Source: an uncultured archaeon
GTDB taxonomy: Archaea > Asgardarchaeota > Hermodarchaeia > Hermodarchaeales > Hermodarchaeaceae
Direction: 5' to 3'
Assembly (NCBI GenBank): GCA_964347045.1
Contig: CAYFXC010000004.1
Span: 46,465 to 110,464, forward strand
Length of the DNA stretch: 64,000 nt
Shown here: positions 1-10,343 of the stretch, piece by piece
How the letters are laid out: each line of letters begins with the position of its first letter
How positions within the stretch are numbered: position 1 is the first letter of the stretch
Program-made: the position numbers and the translations under genes
Notes under the pieces: model-generated
What the model saw: only the letters and a program-made list of their open reading frames with translations
Databases searched by the model: none
What the model was told of the DNA's origin: nothing

Positions 1-628
1 CTACAGGGAGTGGGGGGATGAGTGTAATAGCTAGCAAAATAGCGATGAGCAGGCAGCCGATGGTGATAATGTCACCAATTGCAGCTACTATAGGAATAGT
101 TACGTTGTCAGGATCAAGACCACGAGCGTGAGCAAGCAGAGCCACTGTAACCGTAATGGTTACTTGAAAAACACTAGCAAGCAATGCAGTTACCATGGCA
201 ATAATGATAAAATGTGGTAAAATCAATATCAATCCACCTCGGGGAACCACCAATTGAGTAGCAATTGAAACAGTCCATGCCCCGATCGCTAGTAGAAAGG
301 ACATGATAAAGACTAGATAGAATGCTACCTTGATATTAGCACGGAGGGGTTCGTTAAGACCTTGTTTCCAAGAAATTGTGCCTAGATGTGTACCTGATCC
401 CAAACGTTGTGCAAGGCTGGTGGATATATTACCGCGCAGTTGCATGAGACCAGGAATTAGGATAAAAAGCCCGATGAGACTAGCGAATGTGATATCGAGG
501 CTAAGAAGAAGAGTGCCTGCAAACAGCTCCGCTAAGACTGTGAAGAGTACGACGGGCATCGCTTCGCGGTACACCCGCCAAATCAATGTACGCCCATATG
601 AGCGGCCGTTGGCCATCCCCATCGTCAT
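1..628 (-). CDS. MgtE/SLC41-family divalent-cation (Mg2+) transporter membrane domain; 3' end runs off the window
   Basis: Absent from the ORF track because no stop lies in the window. Manual minus-strand translation from ATG 626-628 gives MTMGMANGRSYGRTLIWRVYREAMPVVLF...IPGLMQLRGNISTSLAQRLGSG...LLAHARGLDPDNVTIPIVAAIGDIITIG. The hydrophobic helices plus the 'GN..S....R' and 'DPDN...P....GD' motifs are typical of the MgtE transmembrane domain. Confidence 0.7.
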   Translation of the reverse strand, partial: MTMGMANGRSYGRTLIWRVYREAMPVVLFTVLAELFAGTLLLSLDITFASLIGLFILIPGLMQLRGNISTSLAQRLGSGTHLGTISWKQGLNEPLRANIKVAFYLVFIMSFLLAIGAWTVSIATQLVVPRGGLILILPHFIIIAMVTALLASVFQVTITVTVALLAHARGLDPDNVTIPIVAAIGDIITIGCLLIAILLAITLIPPLPV

Positions 629-905
629 CACCTTGCAAGTTGGCAGAGGTCAGCGCGGTTCGGCGTTGGCCTAGTCGAATGTAATCAGTCATTGGTTAGT
701 CACCCTTTTGGAGCTTTGTATTACGCGCCTGTATTTTAGGCACGCTTATCGGCATAGCTGGAAATAATCAATAAATATGTTTCGTCCATTTAAATAATAA
801 AACTCTGAAAACATGGAGCACTTATATGTTCTAAACCCTTGAACAGCATCTTCGAGAGTGTTCTATTCCTTAGATTAATGGATAACGGAGATACCATCTA
901 CTTTT

Positions 906-2768
906 ATGCCAAGTTATCCTCGTATTTTATTGATAGTTCAAAATCGAGTACGACGAGCGCTCCCTAGACTTCGAAATGTGCTATTAGTTCTATTGATGAT
1001 TGGTGGCTCGGTGTTCCTTAGCATTTATATTGGAACCAGTAACCCTCCAGCGAATCTTCAGCAGTTTTCTTCAATATCAGAATTATCCCAACATATTAGA
1101 TCTCATAACCCTCCGCCTCTGATCGGGATGCCTGAATTTCCAGGGATTTTTTTGGGGCTGGGTACTGGTAATCCTGGGGGACAACCTCCAAGTTTAGAAG
1201 GAACTAGTGGTTACTCAACAACTAATATACAGGTTGAGGGAGTCGACGAACCAGATATCGTAAAAACCGATGGTTCGTACATTTACACAATCATTGATAC
1301 AGAAATTGTCGTAATTGAAACATACCCTCCTACATCGGCAGAAGTTATTGCCCGTATCCAATCGTCTGAAACCCCTGAAGCCCTTTTCTTATTTGCATCT
1401 ACAAAGCTTGTTGTTTTAGCAGTTGACCAAGGATTAACCATCATTGAGATTTATGATGTCTCTAACCCAAGGTCAATAATTCAAAGTTCTAGAGTGACAA
1501 TTTCGGGAAGATACAGAGGAGCTCGAATGATTGGTCCGCACTTATACCTCATCGCTTCTGCTTTTGCAGGTGATGGAAGCAGCGACGATATTCCAACAAT
1601 TGTAATCGGGAGTAATCGTAGAACAATTTCTATCCAAGATGTTTACTATGATCCTGGTGAATATGATTGGAGTTTTTGTTTCCAAATGATCATTAGCTTG
1701 GATGTTTTTGATGTCGAGGCAAGCTTGAATACAGAAACTATTCTAACGGGTAGCTCCACAAGTACACTTTATTCTTCACTAAATAACATCTACTTGGCTA
1801 TCTCACGGTATCCAATATTCTCACGTAATTGGTTTGATAAGCAAACTACAATACATCGATTCGAATTGACTAATGGAGGAGTGTCGTATCAAGCAAGTGG
1901 ATATGTACCAGGCTATCTAATAAATCAGTTTGCGTTAGATGAGTCAGGCGGCTATCTTCGTGTCGCAACAACAAGTTTGGTGTTTTCAATTCAAAATGAG
2001 GCTGAATGGTTTCAAGTAAGTAATGTGTACATTTTGGATATGGAGTTAAAAACATGTGGACGAGTAGAAGGATTGGCACCTGGTGAACAGATTTACTCAG
2101 TACGGTTTATCGGAAACACTGGATACCTAGTAACATTTTGGAAAGTTGATCCCTTGTTCCTAATTGATCTGACTGATCCATTCTTTCCTCGGCTGATGGG
2201 TGAATTAGTAATGCCTGGATACTCGGACTATCTACATCCCCTCGATAATGGGTTTTTGCTCGGAATTGGGAAAGAAACAGTAGTAAGTGAGTCAGGGGAT
2301 TTTTGGTGGTATCAAGGGGTTAAGGTTAGTCTATTCAATACTACAGACCCATCTTCTCCGGATGAAACTGATCGCTTAGTGATTGGTGTGCGGGGAACGG
2401 ATTCGGATGTATTACATGATCACAGGGCAATCTTGGTTGATACACAGAGGGATTTCTTTGCAATGCCAATTCTGTTATGTGAATATGTAAACATATCCAA
2501 TCCTGAACCGAATTTACCAGGCACACCTGTGTGGCAAGGCGTTTACATGTTTAAAACTAACACTAGTAATGGTGACGTAGAACTTTGGGGCAAAATTTCG
2601 CACCTTGAAGACTCTGAAGGATTCCCAGAGAACCATTGGAAATTACAGGCGTATTTCATTCATAGAAGCCTATACATTGGTGATGTGCTTTACACGCTCT
2701 CAGCACAAAAGCTCATGTACCATAGTTTAGTAGATCTTAGCTATATTGGCGAAATTAGTCTTGTTTAG
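906..2768 (+). CDS. Secreted/membrane-anchored beta-propeller domain protein (Beta_propel, PF09826-like)
   Basis: 620 aa with an N-terminal signal anchor (VLLVLLMIGGSVFLSIYIG). Family-typical motifs: YSTTNIQVEGVDEPDIVKTDGSYIY, DPLFLIDLTDPFFPRLMGELVMPGYSDYLHP, KVSLFNTTDPSSP, HDHRAIL. Confidence 0.75.
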   Translation: MPSYPRILLIVQNRVRRALPRLRNVLLVLLMIGGSVFLSIYIGTSNPPANLQQFSSISELSQHIRSHNPPPLIGMPEFPGIFLGLGTGNPGGQPPSLEGTSGYSTTNIQVEGVDEPDIVKTDGSYIYTIIDTEIVVIETYPPTSAEVIARIQSSETPEALFLFASTKLVVLAVDQGLTIIEIYDVSNPRSIIQSSRVTISGRYRGARMIGPHLYLIASAFAGDGSSDDIPTIVIGSNRRTISIQDVYYDPGEYDWSFCFQMIISLDVFDVEASLNTETILTGSSTSTLYSSLNNIYLAISRYPIFSRNWFDKQTTIHRFELTNGGVSYQASGYVPGYLINQFALDESGGYLRVATTSLVFSIQNEAEWFQVSNVYILDMELKTCGRVEGLAPGEQIYSVRFIGNTGYLVTFWKVDPLFLIDLTDPFFPRLMGELVMPGYSDYLHPLDNGFLLGIGKETVVSESGDFWWYQGVKVSLFNTTDPSSPDETDRLVIGVRGTDSDVLHDHRAILVDTQRDFFAMPILLCEYVNISNPEPNLPGTPVWQGVYMFKTNTSNGDVELWGKISHLEDSEGFPENHWKLQAYFIHRSLYIGDVLYTLSAQKLMYHSLVDLSYIGEISLV

Positions 2769-2780
2769 GATATGAAAAAT

Positions 2781-4211
2781 TCAAAGCGAAAGAAGATATT
2801 GATGAATATTCCGTGCGGCATTTTTTCCCTCGCCCGCAGCAGCGATGACAGTACCGTCGCCTCCAGTAATATCACCAGCGGCCCAGACATGTGATATAGA
2901 GGTTTCTAGTGAATCAGGATCAACAACGACATCACCCCATCGATCACATTCTAACCCAGGTGTACAACTGGGCACCGAAGGATTTGCTAAGGCACCAATG
3001 GCAAAAATCACTGTATCAACAGGAAAGTCAAATTCGGATCCCTCGATGGGTTCAGGACGGCATCTTCCACTTTCATCCGGATCCCCAAGGCAGTTACGGA
3101 GACATCGCATCCTCTTGACACGCATTTGGTCGTCACCAACTAGCTCAATGGGTTGAGTAAGAAATTGAAACTCGACCCCTTCTTCTTTTGCATGATAATA
3201 CTCTTCTCGGCGAACTGGCATTTCATTTTCTGAACGGCGGTACACGATTTGCACCTTGGAAGCGCCCAAACGAATTGCAGTGCGGGCACTGTCCATTGCT
3301 GCGTTTCCGCCGCCGATAACAGCAACAACTTTTCCTTGGATGATCGGCGTGTCATATTCGGGGAATTGGTAGGCGCGCATGAGATTGACACGAGTAAGGA
3401 ACTCATTACTGCTATAGCTCCCGATAAGATTTACTCCAGGAATACGAAGAAATCGTGGTAGACCCGCCCCTGAGGCAAGAAGAATCGCATCATAACCTTG
3501 TCCAAAGAGATCGTCAAGAGTATATAATTGACCGATGAACGCATTTAATTGAAATTCCACACCAAGTTGTTTTAAGTAATTAATTTCAGCTTTGACTATT
3601 GCTTTGGGGAGACGAAACTCTGGAATTCCATAAACAAGGACACCACCCGGTTCATGCAGGCTTTCAAAAACTGTTACTTGGTGGCCTAAAAGGGCTAGAT
3701 CTCCTGCAGCCGTAAGGCCACCTGGACCACTCCCAACAATTGCAATACGGCGTCCAGTTAGTTTGGGAAGCGGGGGTACTTCGACACCATGCTCCCGTTC
3801 CCAATCCGCAAGGAAGCGTTCAATGCGACCAATTTCGATAGCATATCCTTTCCTATTGAAGATGCAGCCTGCTTGACATTGTGTCTCTTGTGGGCAAACA
3901 CGACCACAAATAGCTGGGAGACTATTTTTTTCTTTAATGATTCGAATAGCCTCTCGATAATCCCGTCCGCGAACAGCTTCTAAAAACCGATCGATTTCAA
4001 TCTCAACGGGGCACCCTTCAACGCATTTAGGGTTCTTACAAGCCATACACCGTTCAGCTTCTTGAAGAATCTGATCTTCGGAATATCCAAGATTAACCTC
4101 ATCAAAATTATTAATCCGATCTTTGGGATCCTGATGGGGCATCCCTGGTGGCTCAATTAGCCAAGGACGGGGTCGTTCAGATTTTTTTTCTTTGTGTTTA
4201 CCTGATGTCAT
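2781..4211 (-). CDS. GltD/SudA/NfnB-type NAD(P)H-dependent oxidoreductase large subunit (FAD, two [4Fe-4S])
   Basis: 476 aa. The N-terminal Cys clusters (CMACKNPKCVEGCP, ICGRVCPQETQCQAGC) followed by the dinucleotide fold IAIVGSGPGGLTAAGDL and a second VIGGGNAAMD are the standard glutamate-synthase-small-chain/NfnB architecture. Confidence 0.85.
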   Translation of the reverse strand: MTSGKHKEKKSERPRPWLIEPPGMPHQDPKDRINNFDEVNLGYSEDQILQEAERCMACKNPKCVEGCPVEIEIDRFLEAVRGRDYREAIRIIKEKNSLPAICGRVCPQETQCQAGCIFNRKGYAIEIGRIERFLADWEREHGVEVPPLPKLTGRRIAIVGSGPGGLTAAGDLALLGHQVTVFESLHEPGGVLVYGIPEFRLPKAIVKAEINYLKQLGVEFQLNAFIGQLYTLDDLFGQGYDAILLASGAGLPRFLRIPGVNLIGSYSSNEFLTRVNLMRAYQFPEYDTPIIQGKVVAVIGGGNAAMDSARTAIRLGASKVQIVYRRSENEMPVRREEYYHAKEEGVEFQFLTQPIELVGDDQMRVKRMRCLRNCLGDPDESGRCRPEPIEGSEFDFPVDTVIFAIGALANPSVPSCTPGLECDRWGDVVVDPDSLETSISHVWAAGDITGGDGTVIAAAGEGKNAARNIHQYLLSL

Positions 4212-4325
4212 GTATAACCCTTTGTGAATTGAATTCCGCTATTCTGGTGCACTTCTAATAGAATTAAAGCCTTCTGAAAATTCAGTGAATGAATATTAAA
4301 AAATCACTGTGAAATACAGCCAGTC

Positions 4326-6152
4326 TTATTTAGGCCACATATCTTCTATAACTCCACTTAGACCCAATTTGGTTAGTAACTTCCGAGTGGGTTTACCTGT
4401 CGTTGAATCCCATTGGCTAATTTCATAAAATTGCTGGAGTTGTTGTTTTAAATTTGGAACTTGTCCTTTATTAGACCCGTGAGTAAAGGGTGTTGCAAGT
4501 CCTATTGGCAGGTGATCGTCAGCCCTAGTGATGCCACAGCGAATATTAAAAGCCCGTTTCAAGGTCATTGACCTTTCACCAATTTCAAGAAGTTCAACTG
4601 GTGTAAGATTTCGACCCGTTGCGCTATTATAAAGATCTGTTACGAGCGGAGGTTCAAGAAGAGCTAGTTGGCAAAGTGTGAGAGAGTTAAATAGGGTTCT
4701 CCAGTTCCGTAACCTTGCGATTTTTAATCCTTGATTTCGGTCTGCATGTCGATCACCAGGTTCAATATCAAATTCAGGAATTTCGACACCCATATCTATG
4801 GTTTGAACATCACCTTGCATGTGAGAGGCACCGATGGGAGATACAGCATAGGTAGTAGCTAGCCCAAAGAAAGCCCGCGGGTCATGTAAAGGAATTTCCA
4901 GTCCTTTCACATGAAGGGCTAGATCAGGAATTCCAAGTTTATCAGCAGCCCGCTTAACCCCTTCAGCAAGAATATCCCCCAGCTCCTGGCGATTGACAAT
5001 CATTTCAATTAGTTGAATAATGGCTTCCCCATTTCCAAAGTTGAGCTCAACAGACCCAATAGAATCCTTAGGAATTTTTCCTTTCTCGTTTGCCGCAAAG
5101 CTGAATGCAATGACATTTCCACAAGAGATAGTATCGAGCCCATACAGGTTGCAGAGATGATTTGCTTGACATAATAGTGGAAGATTTTCAACCTGACAAA
5201 GAGACCCAAAAGCGCCAATTGTCTCATATTCAGGACCTGCAACATTCGTTAGTGCTACATTTGATTCTTCAACGGTAATGATTGGACCACACCCAATTGG
5301 ACAGGCATGACACCGAAATTGTCCTGTTCGGTATTTTTTCAGAGCGGAAGCATTAATTTTTGAAATATCCATGAGAGATTCCGTAAAATAGCGAACAGGC
5401 ATACCATTGAAGAGATTCATTAGCATATCGGCACTATAGAGAGTCCCGTTCGCTCCTAAAATGGGTGCTAGAATTTCGAGTAGCTGAAATGCAATTCTAA
5501 CATGCTTTCGGAATGCTTCAGGATCAGCCAATTCTGGTTTGTGTGATCCTCGTACTGCAATAGCTTTCAATAATTTAGCCCCAAAAACAGCTCCCGCTCC
5601 AGCACGGGCACTGGCTCTCCCTGCATCATTCATAATCGCTGCGAACCGAACTTTATTTTCTCCCCCTTTACCTATAGATAATACGCGAGTTTTAGGGTCG
5701 CTAGTTTCTTTTTTAATGATTTTTTCTGTGTCATATGTGTCTATTCCCCAAAGATGATCGGCTGACTTGATTATGGCTTCATCGTCATTGATGTATAGAT
5801 AAACTGGTGATTTTGCAGCACCGGTGATTAGTATTCCATCTAAACCAGCATGACGCAGTTCAGCGCCAAAATAGCCTCCTCCCGTTGACTCTCCCCAAAT
5901 GCCAGTTAGTGCAGACTTGGTACCAATTGCATGCCGCCCAGTGCATGGAGCTCCTGTAGCTGTAAGAGGCCCTGTGAAAATTGCTACTTCGTTCGAAGGA
6001 TGAAAGGGATCCAATTCTTCAACGTTCAGCCGATCATAAAGTAACCGCGTAGCATAACCTGCGCCTCCGATGAAATCACGAGCATACGTCCAATTGAGTG
6101 GTTTTCGTTGGATCCTTCCTTTTGTTAGATCAACAAGGAGAAACTCACCCAT
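4326..6152 (-). CDS. aor: Aldehyde:ferredoxin oxidoreductase (tungstopterin AOR family)
   Basis: Collinear with P. furiosus AOR along the whole length (GEFLLVDLTKG..., GPLTATGAPCTGRH, GGYFGAELRHAGLDGILITG, RCHACPIGCG, GPEYETIGAFGS, GLDTISCG). The track ORF starts at a GTG (6182); the ATG at 6152 (MGEFLLVDL) matches family N-termini better. Confidence 0.9.
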   Translation of the reverse strand: MGEFLLVDLTKGRIQRKPLNWTYARDFIGGAGYATRLLYDRLNVEELDPFHPSNEVAIFTGPLTATGAPCTGRHAIGTKSALTGIWGESTGGGYFGAELRHAGLDGILITGAAKSPVYLYINDDEAIIKSADHLWGIDTYDTEKIIKKETSDPKTRVLSIGKGGENKVRFAAIMNDAGRASARAGAGAVFGAKLLKAIAVRGSHKPELADPEAFRKHVRIAFQLLEILAPILGANGTLYSADMLMNLFNGMPVRYFTESLMDISKINASALKKYRTGQFRCHACPIGCGPIITVEESNVALTNVAGPEYETIGAFGSLCQVENLPLLCQANHLCNLYGLDTISCGNVIAFSFAANEKGKIPKDSIGSVELNFGNGEAIIQLIEMIVNRQELGDILAEGVKRAADKLGIPDLALHVKGLEIPLHDPRAFFGLATTYAVSPIGASHMQGDVQTIDMGVEIPEFDIEPGDRHADRNQGLKIARLRNWRTLFNSLTLCQLALLEPPLVTDLYNSATGRNLTPVELLEIGERSMTLKRAFNIRCGITRADDHLPIGLATPFTHGSNKGQVPNLKQQLQQFYEISQWDSTTGKPTRKLLTKLGLSGVIEDMWPK

Positions 6153-6178
6153 GTATCCCCTCAGGGTGCGCACCTGAA

Positions 6179-6853
6179 TCACCAGTTCTTCATGCGCTTC
6201 ATAAACTCGAACATCTCTTGTTGGGTCTTTATCGCCTCAAATGGTAGGATAGGTAATTTCATCCTACCACCAGCAGCAGCAGAAGCGAGCAAATAAATGT
6301 GAGCAACACGCTCGAGCAATAAGGAATTATGGAGGGCTATGTCTAATGTAGGACCACAACAGAGAGCACCATGGTTGGCTAAAAACACTGCATTTCTTGG
6401 TCCTAATGCAGCGACAACATTCTTTGCTAATTCTTCAGTTCCAGGCATACCGTATTTTGCCACTTCTACTTGTCCTCCCAGACGGATGACAAATTCGTCG
6501 ACAATGGGAGGTAACGGTTTTTGAAGTACTGCCATAGCTGAGGCATAGATACAATGTGTATGAACTATAGCGTTCACATCAGGTCGAGCTTTGTAAATGG
6601 CTAAATGAAGAGGATACTCAATTGAAGGATTTCGATCCCCCTCAACAATGTCACCAGCCATATTGATGATCATAACATCCTCAGCGCCCATACAAGAATA
6701 ATCAACGCTACTTGGAGTAATTGCAATATTGTCTGTATCCACGATTCGAAAACTAGCGTTTCCAGAACTACCGATGACTAACTCGGCGTTTTGCATGTTC
6801 TGACAGGTTTTGAGCACTTTATTTTTGGCTTCTTTGATTTTTTCGGGTGTCAT
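6179..6853 (-). CDS. Class II aldolase/adducin-family protein (fuculose-1-P aldolase / ribulose-5-P 4-epimerase-like)
   Basis: Motifs GSSGNASFR, the SIEYPLH acid/base Glu, and the metal-binding His of HTHCIYAS and LANHGALCCG. Start placed at ATG 6853 (MTPEKIKEAK), so the gene no longer overlaps the upstream kinase. Confidence 0.8.
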   Translation of the reverse strand: MTPEKIKEAKNKVLKTCQNMQNAELVIGSSGNASFRIVDTDNIAITPSSVDYSCMGAEDVMIINMAGDIVEGDRNPSIEYPLHLAIYKARPDVNAIVHTHCIYASAMAVLQKPLPPIVDEFVIRLGGQVEVAKYGMPGTEELAKNVVAALGPRNAVFLANHGALCCGPTLDIALHNSLLLERVAHIYLLASAAAGGRMKLPILPFEAIKTQQEMFEFMKRMKNW

Positions 6854-6881
6854 TTCAATCCGCCAACCATTAAGCATGAAA

Positions 6882-8411
6882 TTATAGATTTGCAGATTGC
6901 TTGTATAATGTTTGCCATCTGGTGAAATAACTTTCGTACTTTTTGTGCACATCCTGGCGGGGTAAAAGCTCAGACTGTAAAACAACCATATTATGCATTG
7001 CTTCAGCTAGCGATTTGTACATTCCCGCTGCAGTTGCTGCACAAATTGCCGCACCCAAACTCGAGGCCTCAGCGACTTTACCACATCTAGTTTTCAATCC
7101 AGTCACATCAGCAAGCATTTGTCGCCAAAAACTACTTCGTGCCATTCCTCCGGCTACCGTACAAAACTCAAACTGGTATGGAGCCAAGTCCTGAATTAGC
7201 TCTATATTTGTGTGAATTGCATAACTGATATTTTCAAACAACGCGCGTGTTACTTCCTTAATCGAAATGGGTGTCACAACAGGTGAAGCAGGAGCAGGAA
7301 AAAGAAAAATCGAAGGGCGAATAGTGGCCATATCCCTTGCGTTCATTATCTGAGGACCTAGTAACGCAAACGTATCGAAAGAGCCCACGGGCGCCTCAGA
7401 AGCTAGCTCTTCAAGACGACGAAATGCTAAATCGGTTGAACCCTTCAAATCCTTGCAAAGAGGACTTAGCATATTCTGCACAAACCAGCTTAGAACCGAC
7501 CCTGTTGTTCCCGAATTGGCTTCAAGCACCCATCTATGAGGAAAGAGAAATCTTCCTGTCCAGAGCCGATTATCTGGGTCTATAACGGGTTCGGATGTCA
7601 CAAGTTGGACTGGTGCTGTATTACCTGCCACTACTCCAACATCCCCAGGTTCAGTGGCAGCCGATCCCAAAAGAGCACATTGAGTATCTGCTCCCCCAAT
7701 GCCAACAACTGAAGCTGTTGACAGCCCAGTACTTTTACTCGCCTTTTCAGATACGTTATCAACTAAGGAGCCAGGTTCAGAAATCACAGGTAATAAATCA
7801 GCAGATAACTCCGCCATTTCTAAAATTTCAGGTGACCATTCTGAGGATTGAATGTCCATGAATTGAGTATTTGAAGCCTGTGTGGGATCAGTTGTAGCTT
7901 GACCGGTGAGTTGGTAGACAATCCAGTCACTGATAGATAGGACATGTTTAATTTTTGAAAATTGTTCGGGTTTTTCACGTTTATACCAGAGAAGTCGACA
8001 TAGAGAATATAATAGGGGTGGCCAACACCCAGTTGGCGGACAGGTTTCCTCCAAACCTTTCATTACTATACTCTGAACAAGTACCCCACGACCATCAAGA
8101 TTAGGTCCAGCGTAGATAACTGCGCCTCTCTCATCGAGAAAAACAGCGCCGTGTCTTTGACTCGTAGCGACGATACTGATAATGTCGGAAGGTTTGGATT
8201 TGGCATCTCTCAACGCGATAGGTATCATTTTGCATATGGTTTGCCATGCTTCTTTGGCGTTGAATTCTTTTCCAATTCCAAAGAGTCCTTCTGAATCGAA
8301 ATATTGAATGGGTGTAAATTGCCGAGCACGGACTATTCCTTTGTGTGAAAAAATCATGCATTTAATACCAGATGTACCAAAATCTATTGTGAGTAATTGT
8401 TGTTTGGACAT
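6882..8411 (-). CDS. FGGY-family carbohydrate kinase (substrate unknown)
   Basis: 509 aa. N-terminal actin-like ATPase motif LTIDFGTSGIKCMIF, GIGGADTQCALLG, and the C-terminal FGGY_C-like segment AGGMARSSFWRQMLADVTG. Confidence 0.8.
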   Translation of the reverse strand: MSKQQLLTIDFGTSGIKCMIFSHKGIVRARQFTPIQYFDSEGLFGIGKEFNAKEAWQTICKMIPIALRDAKSKPSDIISIVATSQRHGAVFLDERGAVIYAGPNLDGRGVLVQSIVMKGLEETCPPTGCWPPLLYSLCRLLWYKREKPEQFSKIKHVLSISDWIVYQLTGQATTDPTQASNTQFMDIQSSEWSPEILEMAELSADLLPVISEPGSLVDNVSEKASKSTGLSTASVVGIGGADTQCALLGSAATEPGDVGVVAGNTAPVQLVTSEPVIDPDNRLWTGRFLFPHRWVLEANSGTTGSVLSWFVQNMLSPLCKDLKGSTDLAFRRLEELASEAPVGSFDTFALLGPQIMNARDMATIRPSIFLFPAPASPVVTPISIKEVTRALFENISYAIHTNIELIQDLAPYQFEFCTVAGGMARSSFWRQMLADVTGLKTRCGKVAEASSLGAAICAATAAGMYKSLAEAMHNMVVLQSELLPRQDVHKKYESYFTRWQTLYKQSANL

Positions 8412-8423
8412 GCCATACGCCCA

Positions 8424-9428
8424 TTAAGATGATTTGAGAACTTCTGGGTTTGCTAAGTATTTGGGAGTTTCTCCCTTTAAGAATCGGTTAATATCCGAGG
8501 CTAAAATCATTGATTGTCGATACACTACATCGAGGGTATTTCCTCCAATATGTGGTGTTACTGTGACATTATCGAATTGTAGGAATCGATTATTTGATCC
8601 AACTGGTTCTCGCGAATGAACGTCAAGCCCTGCCCCGGCAATCCTTCCTGTTTGAATAGCTTCAAACAAAGCCTCTTCGTCAATGATGGCTGAACGAGCT
8701 GTATTAATCAGATGAGCAGAAGGCTTCATCCATGCAAGTTGCTCTTTTCCAATCATTCTAAATGTTTCTGGAGTTGCCCGTGTATGAATAGTGATAAAAT
8801 CCGATTCTCGCATGAGGGTTTCCAAATCTACTTTTTTTGCATTCACCTTCTTTCCATGTTTGGCATCAATATTGGGATCAGAGAAGAGAACTCGGGTTCC
8901 AAAGCCTTGTAGGCGTTCAGCGACTCGAAAGCCAATTTGACCCAAGCCGATAATACCAACAGTACTTCGTCCTAGTTCTCGACCCTTAAGCGAGTCATGA
9001 AGTGTAGTAAACTTTTCAGCGCTGTTAATCTCGACTTGGCCTGATCTAAGAAGTCGATCCATATTGATGAGTTTGCGAGCCTGAGCGAGTATTAAAAGAA
9101 TTGTCAGGTCTGCAACTGAGTCGGCATTCCTTCCAGGAGCATAGAACACTGGTACGCGATGAGCGGTTGCTGAGTCGATATCAATTTCTTTGGGACTATC
9201 TCGCGCACTTGCCAAGAATTTCAGAGGGAATCCTTCAAAGACTTCTTCTGTCACCGCATCTGCCTCAACAATGGCAGCATCTGCTTTGACAGCTTTGAGT
9301 TTTTCAAGAAACTCTTCACCCCAATAGATATGCCCAGTAATACGCCAATCTTCATGTATAACAGTAGCATGTTGACGTAGTATTGTGATTCCTTCTTCAT
9401 GAAATGAGGCAGTAATCAGAATGCGCAT
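8424..9428 (-). CDS. D-isomer-specific 2-hydroxyacid dehydrogenase family (PGDH/glyoxylate reductase-like)
   Basis: Rossmann motif VGIIGLGQIGFRVAERL. Catalytic-domain motifs LINTARSAIIDEEAL, GAGLDVHSREP and TPHIGGNT. The track ORF starts at a TTG; ATG 9428 (MRILITAS) was chosen. Confidence 0.8.
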   Translation of the reverse strand: MRILITASFHEEGITILRQHATVIHEDWRITGHIYWGEEFLEKLKAVKADAAIVEADAVTEEVFEGFPLKFLASARDSPKEIDIDSATAHRVPVFYAPGRNADSVADLTILLILAQARKLINMDRLLRSGQVEINSAEKFTTLHDSLKGRELGRSTVGIIGLGQIGFRVAERLQGFGTRVLFSDPNIDAKHGKKVNAKKVDLETLMRESDFITIHTRATPETFRMIGKEQLAWMKPSAHLINTARSAIIDEEALFEAIQTGRIAGAGLDVHSREPVGSNNRFLQFDNVTVTPHIGGNTLDVVYRQSMILASDINRFLKGETPKYLANPEVLKSS

Positions 9429-9456
9429 ATTTCTTCGCATCCTCAATATAGCCAAA

Positions 9457-9792
9457 CTACATAAGGATTTGGAGTTTCAATAGATCTGTCATACTTCCTT
9501 TTGCCTTCAATGTACCCATGGAATAAGCGTCAAGGGGACTCAGGTTACCTTGCAAGACTCCGATAAGCGTTCCACTATCCGTGGTAACTAAGAGATTAGG
9601 TTTTTCTAATTTACCTTCAGAAAAGGGATCCATTTCTCCATCATGGATGCGCGTATGGAAACTCGTTTCAAGATCAGAGAAACGGAATTGTAAAGTTCGG
9701 TCGAATCCTTCGAACTTAGACTTAGTACCCGGAGTATTGAATTTCTCACGAATCCCCTCAAGCACCTTCAAGACCTCGTCTTTTGTTGCCAT
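9457..9792 (-). CDS. SCP2 sterol-carrier-like domain protein
   Basis: 111 aa matching the SCP2 pattern: FDRTLQFRFSD..., LLVTTDSGTLIGVLQGNLSPLDAYSMGTLKAKGSMTDLLKL. Confidence 0.65.
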   Translation of the reverse strand: MATKDEVLKVLEGIREKFNTPGTKSKFEGFDRTLQFRFSDLETSFHTRIHDGEMDPFSEGKLEKPNLLVTTDSGTLIGVLQGNLSPLDAYSMGTLKAKGSMTDLLKLQILM

Positions 9793-9901
9793 AAGCCTAC
9801 ATCACCTAGTAAACTATCCAATTACTATGTTGGTTAAAAAATCAATCCCTCATCAGAATTCGTACTGAAATGGTTACATATTCTCCTAATATATCAAATA
9901 A

Positions 9902-10261
9902 TTAGATTGGGAGAAAAGGTAAAATGGTCAACCCTATCAATCCAACCCCAAGCAACAAAACACCGGTAACTAGAATTACTACACCACTACTCGCTTGCTC
10001 AACACGCCTATCTGAGTAATGCCTTGCTGTGTCACGGGTTGATTGTGGATTTACAGCATATCGCATCGTTGCCATAGCTTCAATAAATGGTGTCTGGAGA
10101 CACGCGCCGAAAATCAACATAATTACTCCGAGGAATAATAAAACCAAAAAGTAACTCGCAAGTGTCCAAATCTGAAATACTAGAAAATTCACAACCCATG
10201 CCAGTACAAAACAAATAATCAAAGATACTGTTAATCGCTTTCCAAAGGAGATCCAATCCAT
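9902..10261 (-). CDS. Small integral membrane protein, function unknown
   Basis: 119 aa with about four hydrophobic helices. Same strand as and tightly packed with its neighbours. No recognisable motif. Confidence 0.45.
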   Translation of the reverse strand: MDWISFGKRLTVSLIICFVLAWVVNFLVFQIWTLASYFLVLLFLGVIMLIFGACLQTPFIEAMATMRYAVNPQSTRDTARHYSDRRVEQASSGVVILVTGVLLLGVGLIGLTILPFLPI

Positions 10262-10343
10262 TCAGGAACCCCAAGAAATGATGGAAAATTCACGTTTAAA
10301 AATCCATGTTAAAGCAAAAGCCAAAGTATAGCTTAAGAACCGT

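Noticed and set aside
330-692. Track ORFs 330-674 (+) and 501-692 (-) near the left edge
   Set aside because: Both overlap the MgtE-like reading frame (minus strand, ATG 626-628), which has clear family motifs. The plus ORF is its antisense shadow, and the 63-aa minus ORF is out of frame, Arg/Asp-rich and without motifs.
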